A stretch of 37,980 nucleotides of DNA from a virus, in the IMG/VR virus record IMGVR_UViG_3300016474_000092, positions 1-37,980 of that record, one strand, 5' to 3'. Positions 15,631-22,535 of this stretch are shown in pieces (within the stretch, counting starts at the first letter, position 1; each line of letters starts with the position of its first letter). Made by a program: the position numbers and the translations under genes. Under the pieces are notes generated by a model, which did not search any database, was not told the DNA's origin, and saw only the letters and a list, made by a program, of their open reading frames with translations.

Positions 15631-15942
15631 ATGAACTGGATTGTTGAATGGATGAACACCACCCCGACTTCTGCGGACCCTGCGGAAGCGGTCATCACGG
15701 TGGGGTGGCGCTGCACCGCCCAAGATGGCGACTACTCTGGCTCGGTCTACTCGACCTGCTCGCTGCCTCCTGCTGACCCGGCTAACTTTACGCCTTACAG
15801 CCAACTGACCCAAGACATCGTGCTGGGCTGGATTTGGGCAAACGGTGTGGACAAGGACGCAACCGAAGCGGCTGTGGCGCAGCAGATTGAAAACCAGAAG
15901 AATCCGCCGGTCATCCAGCCCGCGCTTCCCTGGGCAGCCTGA
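15631..15942 (+). CDS. Hypothetical protein (103 aa) downstream of the fibre gene
   Basis: ATG lies 1 nt after the fibre stop. The ORF-track start at 15562 overlaps the fibre gene. Confidence 0.6.
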   Translation: MNWIVEWMNTTPTSADPAEAVITVGWRCTAQDGDYSGSVYSTCSLPPADPANFTPYSQLTQDIVLGWIWANGVDKDATEAAVAQQIENQKNPPVIQPALPWAA

Positions 15943-15943
15943 C

Positions 15944-16102
15944 ATGCAAGAGTTTGAGATCAAGATCACGGTAGAAGAGGCCAACATCCTGGCGATGGGC
16001 CTCGGCAAACTACCGCTGGAAGTGTCTGTCGCACTCTGGCAGAAGCTGAAATCGCAGGTCGAGCAGCAGGTGCAGCCGCAAGCACCGCTTGACATGAACT
16101 AG
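15944..16102 (+). CDS. Hypothetical protein (52 aa)
   Basis: ATG lies 1 nt after the upstream stop. In frame with ORF-track entry 15845..16102. Confidence 0.5.
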   Translation: MQEFEIKITVEEANILAMGLGKLPLEVSVALWQKLKSQVEQQVQPQAPLDMN

Positions 16103-16105
16103 AAC

Positions 16106-16123
16106 TACTGTATAGATTTACAC
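16106..16123. promoter_or_regulatory. Second, imperfect copy of the SOS-box-like motif (TACTGTATAGATTTACAC)
   Basis: 16 of 18 positions are identical to 7809-7826. The architecture is CTGT-N8-ACAC. Confidence 0.4.
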
Positions 16124-16125
16124 CC

Positions 16126-16149
16126 GTACTGGTGCGGTTCACCAGGTAC
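16126..16149 (+). other. Stable hairpin in the 61-nt spacer before the scaffold gene
   Basis: GTACTGGTG-CGGTT-CACCAG(G)TAC, 9 bp with one bulge. Confidence 0.4.
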
Positions 16150-16163
16150 TCTAACGAGTAGAC

Positions 16164-16931
16164 ATGGAAAACACTCCTGAAGTTGTAGCGGATATCCTCG
16201 CGCCGGAACAGGCCGCAACGGCTGCGCCTGCCCCCGAAGTAGCAGCACCCGCGCCGGACGAGCAAACCACGATCAAGACGTTCACGCAAGAAGAAGTGGA
16301 CGCGCTGATTGGCAAACGGCTCGCAAGAGAACGTAGAACCTGGGAACGAGAGCGCACTAAGGCACCTGAGCTGCCCGCCGCCCCGGCCCCCGTCTCGCAG
16401 GAACAGTTTGAGTCTGTCGAAAAGTACGCCGAAGCACTGGCGGCTCAGAAGGCAGAACAACTTCTGCAACAACGGGAAATGGAGCGTCAGCAGACCGCAA
16501 TTCTGGAGTCGTATCACGACAAGGAAGAGCAGGCGCGGGACAAGTACGAAGACTTCGAGCAAGTTGCGTACAACCCAAGCCTGAAGATCACCACCGTGAT
16601 GGCCCAGACGATTCAGGCGTCGGATGTTGGACCGGATGTAGCTTACTACCTCGGGCTCAACCCCAAAGAAGCGGATCGCATCTCACGTCTACCGCCTATT
16701 TTGCAGGCTAAAGAAATTGGGAAGATTGAGGCTAAAGTGGCCTCGAGCCCACCCGTTAAGAAGCCGTCTAACGCCCCTGCACCGATTCAACCTGTCGCCG
16801 CTCGAGCATCAAGCGGACCGGCCTACGACACCACCGACCCGCGCTCGTTGAAAACAATGAGCACAAGCGAGTGGATCGCAGCCGAACGGCAACGCCAGAT
16901 TCGGGCGTGGGAAGCGAAAAACGGTAGGTAA
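16164..16931 (+). CDS. Scaffolding protein (DUF4355-like)
   Basis: FTQEEVDALIGKRLARERR signature. Acidic, coiled-coil-rich, and directly upstream of the coat gene. Confidence 0.75.
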   Translation: MENTPEVVADILAPEQAATAAPAPEVAAPAPDEQTTIKTFTQEEVDALIGKRLARERRTWERERTKAPELPAAPAPVSQEQFESVEKYAEALAAQKAEQLLQQREMERQQTAILESYHDKEEQARDKYEDFEQVAYNPSLKITTVMAQTIQASDVGPDVAYYLGLNPKEADRISRLPPILQAKEIGKIEAKVASSPPVKKPSNAPAPIQPVAARASSGPAYDTTDPRSLKTMSTSEWIAAERQRQIRAWEAKNGR

Positions 16932-16961
16932 TTTCTATCAACCAAAGGAGTTTAATAGATC

Positions 16962-17014
16962 ATGGCTAACTCAATCCTTACGATTGACATGATCACCAGG
17001 AAAGCACTCGAGAT
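16962..17014 (+). CDS. Major capsid protein, exon 1 (MANSILTIDMITRKALEI). The boundary is uncertain by a few nt.
   Basis: AAGGAG at 16945-16950. Coat-family N-terminus, with an in-frame TAA at 17019. Joined to 17776, the product is a 400-aa protein. Confidence 0.7.
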
Positions 17015-17775
17015 TAAATAATGGTCTCCTCTGGGGGCAACCCCAGTAGAAAAACTGTGTGAATTCGGTGGACGTCATGTATAATGATTGCATGAAAACA
17101 CCGAGCCAAGCCAAAAGTGAAGGTAATCATGATAGTGACAAAGCAGCAGAAGCGCGCGAGGCTAACCGCCAAGCCGCTGCTCGCTATCGTGAACGCAACC
17201 GTGAAGAAGTCAACCGACGCATGCGTGAATGGCGCGAGCAAAACCGTGAAAGAGCACGGGAGCTTTCGCGCGAATGGCGCAACCGAAAATTGGCAAACGC
17301 AAGTCCTGAAGAAGAAGCAGCTATTCGCGCTGCTGAAGCTGCAAAGACCAAGCGCAACCAAGATCGGCGACGCGACGAAGTATTTGCCGCTTATGGCGGG
17401 TACCGTTGCGCATGCTGCGGCGAAACTGAACGGATGTTTTTGTCGATCGACCACATCAACAATGATGGCAACGTCGAGCGTAAGTCTGGTGCGTATCGCA
17501 GCAGCGGCACAGCGTTCTATTTTTGGTTGTGTAAGCACAAGTTCCCGCCAGGCTATCAAGTGCTGTGCATGAACTGTCAGGTCGGTAAGCACAAAAACGG
17601 CGGCGTTTGCCCTCACCAGCGGAAGGTGTAACGACTATCCCGTAAGGGAGTACGGCCAAGCGGCCGGAAGCGCACAGCCCCTCGTAAGAGGGTGAAGAGA
17701 TAGTCTGCTCTGCATGGTGACATGCAGCAGCCCGAAAGGGCGGTCAAGGCGTAGCGAACCTTGGCGAACACATGG
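17015..17775 (+). mobile_element. Group I-like self-splicing intron carrying an HNH homing endonuclease ORF
   Basis: Candidate P1 pairs GAGAU|U with GGUCUC (17023-17028). Candidate P2-P5 and P8 follow in canonical order. Five GNRA-loop hairpins. UGAAGAGAUAGUC (17693-17705) resembles the conserved J8/7-P7 segment. The terminal base is G. Confidence 0.7.
17077..17631 (+). CDS. HNH endonuclease (intron-encoded)
   Basis: CACCGETERMFLSIDHINNDGN and LCMNCQVGKHKNG (HNH/zinc motifs). Basic coiled N-terminus. More AT-rich than the flanking sequence. ATG 17077 and ATG 17092 are both possible starts. Confidence 0.85.
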   Translation: MYNDCMKTPSQAKSEGNHDSDKAAEAREANRQAAARYRERNREEVNRRMREWREQNRERARELSREWRNRKLANASPEEEAAIRAAEAAKTKRNQDRRRDEVFAAYGGYRCACCGETERMFLSIDHINNDGNVERKSGAYRSSGTAFYFWLCKHKFPPGYQVLCMNCQVGKHKNGGVCPHQRKV

Positions 17776-18925
17776 CCTCGAGAACAATCTGGTGATCACG
17801 CGAAATGTCAATAGGCAATACGACGACTCGTTTGCTATTGAAGGCGCAAAAATTGGTTCCACGCTGCGTATCCGTCTTCCGGACCGCGCGCTGGTGACCG
17901 ATGGTGCTGCGCTTCAAGTGCAGGACGACCAGGAGCAGTACACCACCCTGACCGTATCAAGCCAGAAGCACATCGGCGTGAACTTCACGACCGCTGAGCT
18001 GACCATGCAGCTCGATGACTTCGCAGAGCGTGTGCTGAAACCTCGTATCAGCCAGCTTGCGGCCAGCATCGACGCGGACGTTGCGAACTCGTTCAAAAAC
18101 GTGTTCCAGTCGGTTGGCACCCCCGGCACCACGCCCGCGACCTCGCTCGTTCTGCTGCAAGCCCAGCAGAAACTGAACGAAGCCGCTGCGGTCATGAACC
18201 CCCGCTATGCGACCGTTAACCCGGCTGCTAACGCGGCGCTGGTCGAAGGCATGAAGGGCCTTTTCAACCCGACCTCCACCATCAGCCGTCAGTTTAAAAA
18301 CGGCATGATGGGCGAAGGCATCCTCGGGCTTGATGAAGTCAACATGTCGCAGTCGATCAAGCAGTTCACGACTGGCACCCGGACCGGTTCGCACACTGTG
18401 ACGACCACCGTGACCTCGCAAGGCGCGACCACCATCGCCATCACCGGCACTGGCTCGCAGACGATCAAGCAAGGTGACGTGTTCACCATCGCTGGCGTCT
18501 ACGCTGTCAACCCGCAGACCCGCGAATCGACTGGCTCGCTTCAGCAGTTCGTTGCGACCGCCGATGCGACCGCCTCCGGCGGCGCGTACACGGTCAGCGT
18601 GAGCCCGGCGATCTACACCGCCAGCCAAGCCCTCGCAACCGTTGATTCGTTCCCGCAGGCCAGCGCGGCTGTGACGTTCCTGGGCAGCGCAAGCACCCAG
18701 TACCCGCAGAACCTCGTGTACCACCGCGATGCGATCTCGTTTGCGACCGCCGACCTGCTGATGCCGCAAGGCGTGGACATGGCCTCGCGCCAGGTTCACA
18801 ACGGCATTTCGATGCGTATTGTTCGTCAATACGACATCAATAATGATCGTCTGCCATGTCGCATCGATGTACTTTATGGCTACTCGGTCATTCGTCCGCA
18901 AATGGCTGTGCGCCTCTGGGGCTGA
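17776..18925 (+). CDS. Major capsid protein, exon 2 (P22-coat-like). An ORF finder would call 17714..18925.
   Basis: LENNLVITRNVNRQYDDSFAIEGAKIGSTLRIRLPDR onward matches my memory of P22-coat-family proteins. Positioned after the scaffold gene. Confidence 0.85.
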
Positions 18926-18932
18926 TAGGGTT

Positions 18933-18950
18933 AGGGGGCTTCGGCCCCCT
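18933..18950 (+). terminator. Hairpin AGGGGGC-TTCG-GCCCCCT after the coat gene (partial terminator)
   Basis: 7-bp GC stem with a UUCG loop, followed by TCCAACATATTTTTG. Confidence 0.5.
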
Positions 18951-18978
18951 TCCAACATATTTTTGAAAGGATTGAATC

Positions 18979-19386
18979 ATGGCTCTTCCTAATGGTGCAG
19001 GTGGCTATCAGATTGGTGATGGCAATCGCAGCGAAACCCAGATGAGCGCGTGCAGCGTTCCGCAAACCGCAACGTCTACGGCCACGCTGACTGCCGCTCA
19101 AATTTTGGGTGGCATGCTGTACGCCAACCCCTCAACTTCGGCTGCGACGTACACGCTTCCGACTGCAGCAGCGATTGATTCGGCGCTTCCCAGCGCGACG
19201 ACCGGCAGTTCGTTTGACCTGGCGATCATCAACGTGGGTACGTCGTCCGGCGCAGTAACGCTGTCGATGGGGACGGGCATCACCGACGGCGGCAACGCTG
19301 CAGTAGCCGTGGCGGTGACCTCAAGCGCGCTCTTCCGCTTTCTCAAGACTGCGGATGGCGCGTACACGGTCTACAAAGTAGCCTAA
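18979..19386 (+). CDS. Hypothetical virion protein (135 aa), possibly a head decoration or fibre-like protein
   Basis: AAAGGA ribosome-binding site. Ala/Thr/Ser-rich beta-type sequence ending in TADGAYTVYKVA. Confidence 0.6.
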   Translation: MALPNGAGGYQIGDGNRSETQMSACSVPQTATSTATLTAAQILGGMLYANPSTSAATYTLPTAAAIDSALPSATTGSSFDLAIINVGTSSGAVTLSMGTGITDGGNAAVAVAVTSSALFRFLKTADGAYTVYKVA

Positions 19387-19398
19387 AGGAGTTACGTC

Positions 19399-19758
19399 AT
19401 GCCGAACAATAAACCGGTTGGCGTGGCGTACTCCGACCCGTCACTCACGTCGTTTTATCTCAACGCTCCGGTCACCAAGACTGCCAGCTTTACGCTGGGC
19501 GACGAGGAAAACTACGTGATTTGTAATGGTTCCGCTGCCAACGTCTCCGTGACGTTGCCCAGCGGCTCTGCTTACATCGGTCGGACCGTCACGATTAAAA
19601 ATCTGTCTGGCACCTACACGGTGATTTCGGCGTCCTCGAACGTCAAACCGCTGAACTCTGGCACTGCTGGCACGGCTATTTTGGCCGCGACTGCAGGCAA
19701 GTTTGCGACGCTGGTTTGCGAAGACGGGACCAACTGGGTCATTATGGCGGCTGCCTAA
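19399..19758 (+). CDS. Hypothetical virion protein (119 aa), with composition similar to the preceding protein
   Basis: AAGGAG ribosome-binding site. Ends in CEDGTNWVIMAAA. Confidence 0.6.
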   Translation: MPNNKPVGVAYSDPSLTSFYLNAPVTKTASFTLGDEENYVICNGSAANVSVTLPSGSAYIGRTVTIKNLSGTYTVISASSNVKPLNSGTAGTAILAATAGKFATLVCEDGTNWVIMAAA

Positions 19759-19763
19759 ACGGA

Positions 19764-19781
19764 CGGGGGCTTCGGCCCCCG
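19764..19781 (+). terminator. Hairpin CGGGGGC-TTCG-GCCCCCG, a second copy of the GGGGGCTTCGGCCCCC core
   Basis: The 16-nt core is identical to that at 18934-18949. Confidence 0.4.
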
Positions 19782-19787
19782 ACTTCT

Positions 19788-19982
19788 ATGCCTATCATCT
19801 ATCTGAGACACCCGGTTCACGGCGAAAAGGTTGCTATAGCGGACCTAGAAGCCGAATATGATGAACAAAACGGCTGGACGCGCTATACTCCCGGCGAACC
19901 ACAGCCAGAGCCGGCATCGGCGCCGGTAAACGAGCTGCGGCCCCGCCGTCGTCGGGAGCAAAGTAATGCAGGCGTACTATGA
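19788..19982 (+). CDS. Hypothetical protein (64 aa)
   Basis: In-frame ATG within ORF-track entry 19716..19982, placed just after the hairpin. Confidence 0.45.
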   Translation: MPIIYLRHPVHGEKVAIADLEAEYDEQNGWTRYTPGEPQPEPASAPVNELRPRRRREQSNAGVL

Positions 19983-21786
19983 CGTCGTTGTAAATTCTGG
20001 CGGCAACCCCGTCAACGGTGCCAGCGTTTTTGTCTACGACGCGGCAGGCACGTTAGCTACAATTTATCAATCTACCGCGCCTATAGTTGAGACGGTTCTC
20101 ACTAGCAACGGCACGCCGTACTATCTTTCACAAGACCTTGTAACTCCACAGGTCAACCCTATCACCACCGGCGCAGATGGGCGGTACATTTTCTTTGCCG
20201 AAAACGGCGTCTACACGGTTGTCATCACCGCTAACGGATACAACTCCAGAACATTTAGCGTAGCCCTGTATGACACTACCACGCGGCCCAGCCCGACGTA
20301 CAGTGTTGTCGTAACGCCTCCTAACGATGCTGTAAATGTATCGGCCATCGGGGCAAACGTAGGAACGACGGACGGCGATCTGGCTTTATATCCAAAAGGA
20401 ACTGGAGCCGTACTAGGGCAAGTTCCTACATCTACAGCGAGCGGTGGTAACAAGCGTGGAGCAAGCGCTGTTGATTGGCAATTGTCGCGTCTTTATGCGG
20501 CTGAAGTTGCTAGTGGTTTAAGAAGCGTTATCGCTGGCGGTCACAGCAACAAAGCATCAAACGATTACGCTGCGGTTGGTGGCGGAACGACAAACTATGC
20601 TACCGGAACGTACTCTGTAATTTCCGGTGGATTAGGGAACATTGCGAGCGGATCGTATTCGTCTGTTATTGGTGGTAGTGGAAATCTGGCTAGTGGTATA
20701 ACATCAGCTATCGGTGGTGGAGAGAACAACCAATCAACGAACTTTGATTCTACTGTCGCTGGTGGCTCTACCAATCAAGCTACCGGCATTGCGTCCACAG
20801 TAGGTGGTGGGAGTGGCAATCAAGCCACTGGCAATCAGTCAACGGTTGCTGGTGGATCGAGTAATCTTGCGACAAACTCCCAGGCAACGATTGGTGGTGG
20901 ACGGTTTAATGCTGCCTCTGGGCAATATGCCACTATTGCTGGTGGTGAAGAAATTACAGCGTCTGGCAACTACTCGTTTGTTGGTAGTGGTCAATTAAAT
21001 TCAGTTACTGCTACGCATGGCGCTATTGGTGGCGGGCAACAAAATTCTGTTTCTTCGGCTTATGCTGGTGTGCATAGTGGTCTGACAAACACTGCTTCCG
21101 GTTCTAAGGCGTTTGTTGGAGGTGGTGAGTCTAATACAGCATCTGCTGGTTACACTGCGATAACTGGTGGTTATACGAACGCTGCATCAGGTTTGTATGC
21201 GTCTGTCATTGGTGGTTCTACTAATACAGCATCTGGTGCGAGTTCTGTTGTCGCAGGTGGATCGTCCAATACAGCAAGTGGTGTTGCATCTGCGATTCTT
21301 GGTGGCATATACGGCACAACCAAAAGCATCACTGGTTATGCGGTAATTCCTGCGTCCAATAGTCCGATTGAAGCCAAGGCCGGTGTAAGTCAGTCTGGTG
21401 TGTTAGTTCTTGGCGTGCAAACGACTGATGCCACATCGACAAAACTTCGAAGCAATACAAGTGTTGCTAGCACAACGAATCAGTTAGTGCTCGCTGACAA
21501 TTCAGCGATTACGGTAAGTGGCAACGTCGTCGCAACTAAAACCGGTGGTGGTGACACTGCTGGATGGGTGTTTACTGCGACTGCTAAACGTGGAGCAAAT
21601 GCCGCGTCAACTACGCTGATTGCAAGTAACATCACTGAAGTTGGCAAGGATGCGGGAGCAAGTGCTTGGGCTATAGACGTTGATGTTGATACTACGAACG
21701 GTGCCTTGTATGTTTCTGTTACGGGTCAAGCATCAACAACAATTCGTTGGGTAGCGACGCTGTATGCTTCCGAGGTTGGCTATTAA
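19966..21786 (+). CDS. Tail fibre/adhesin with about 17 tandem 14-16-residue GG..N.A.G..S.V. repeats
   Basis: GGGAG ribosome-binding site. N-terminal VVNSGGNPVNGASVFVYD beta-sandwich-like domain. The long repeat array resembles trimeric-autotransporter head repeats. Visibly more AT-rich. Confidence 0.75.
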   Translation: MQAYYDVVVNSGGNPVNGASVFVYDAAGTLATIYQSTAPIVETVLTSNGTPYYLSQDLVTPQVNPITTGADGRYIFFAENGVYTVVITANGYNSRTFSVALYDTTTRPSPTYSVVVTPPNDAVNVSAIGANVGTTDGDLALYPKGTGAVLGQVPTSTASGGNKRGASAVDWQLSRLYAAEVASGLRSVIAGGHSNKASNDYAAVGGGTTNYATGTYSVISGGLGNIASGSYSSVIGGSGNLASGITSAIGGGENNQSTNFDSTVAGGSTNQATGIASTVGGGSGNQATGNQSTVAGGSSNLATNSQATIGGGRFNAASGQYATIAGGEEITASGNYSFVGSGQLNSVTATHGAIGGGQQNSVSSAYAGVHSGLTNTASGSKAFVGGGESNTASAGYTAITGGYTNAASGLYASVIGGSTNTASGASSVVAGGSSNTASGVASAILGGIYGTTKSITGYAVIPASNSPIEAKAGVSQSGVLVLGVQTTDATSTKLRSNTSVASTTNQLVLADNSAITVSGNVVATKTGGGDTAGWVFTATAKRGANAASTTLIASNITEVGKDAGASAWAIDVDVDTTNGALYVSVTGQASTTIRWVATLYASEVGY

Positions 21787-21795
21787 GGACATGTT

Positions 21796-22533
21796 ATGAC
21801 CGTTCTCACGCTAAGCGGCAATCAAGTATCAGCAGGCGACATCATCAACGGCTCCCTGCGCTTGCTCGGCGTGCTAGCCGAAGGTGAGACGCCTTCTGCA
21901 GAGACTTCTGCCGATGCGCTGTTAGCCATGAATCAGATGATTGAGTCGTGGAACACCGAACGGCTATCAATTTTTTCGACGCAAGACCAGGTGTTCAGTT
22001 GGCCTGCTACGGTTATCAGCCGAACTATTGGGCCGACGGGCGACTTTGTTGGCAACCGCCCAGTTTTGGTTGACGATGCGACGTACTTCAAAGACCCATC
22101 TACCGGCGTCTCATATGGCATCAAGATCATCAACCAGCAGCAATACGATGGCATTGCGCTGAAGACTGTGCGGAGTACCTATCCGCAGGTCATGTGGATC
22201 AACATGACCTACCCGGACATTGAGGTGTATATCTATCCAGTACCTACGCGGATTCTGGAGTTTCACTTCATCTCGGTGGAAGAGCTGTCGCAGCCCACTA
22301 ATTTAACGACCGTGTTGGCGTTTCCGCCAGGCTACTTGCGAGCGTTCCGGTACAACTTGGCTTGCGAGCTTGCGCCTGAGTTTGGCGTCGAGCCTTCGCG
22401 CCAGGTGCAGCGGATTGCCATGACGTCGAAGCGTAATCTGAAGCGCATCAACAATCCTGACGATCTGATGTCAATCCCGTACAGCATTGTCGGAACGCGG
22501 CAACGCTACAACATATTTGCCGGTAACTACTAA
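21796..22533 (+). CDS. Head-completion/adaptor protein (P22 gp4-like)
   Basis: The N-terminal GDIINGSLRLLGV...ALLAMNQMIESW and the segment AFRYNLACELAPEFG parallel P22 gp4 (LVRAALRKLGV...LEAMMAEW, VFHNLACRIAPDY). Confidence 0.7.
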   Translation: MTVLTLSGNQVSAGDIINGSLRLLGVLAEGETPSAETSADALLAMNQMIESWNTERLSIFSTQDQVFSWPATVISRTIGPTGDFVGNRPVLVDDATYFKDPSTGVSYGIKIINQQQYDGIALKTVRSTYPQVMWINMTYPDIEVYIYPVPTRILEFHFISVEELSQPTNLTTVLAFPPGYLRAFRYNLACELAPEFGVEPSRQVQRIAMTSKRNLKRINNPDDLMSIPYSIVGTRQRYNIFAGNY

Positions 22534-22535
22534 GT

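Noticed and set aside
17714-17775. ATG 17714 as the true coat start (MVTCSSPKGRSRRSEPWRTHG...).
   Set aside because: This extension is read through the GNRA hairpins of the putative intron 3' domain. It has no ribosome-binding site and is unlike coat N-termini. A canonical coat N-terminus with AAGGAG lies at 16962.
17015-17775. Intein or IS/transposon explanations for the insertion in the coat gene.
   Set aside because: An intein is excluded because the coat frame meets stop codons (TAA at 17019) and the HNH ORF is in a separate frame with its own start. An IS is unlikely because there is no transposase and there are no terminal inverted repeats. The shared CTCGAGA at both junctions could mimic a target duplication, but the ordered P1-P5/P8 pairings and the J8/7-like sequence favour an intron.
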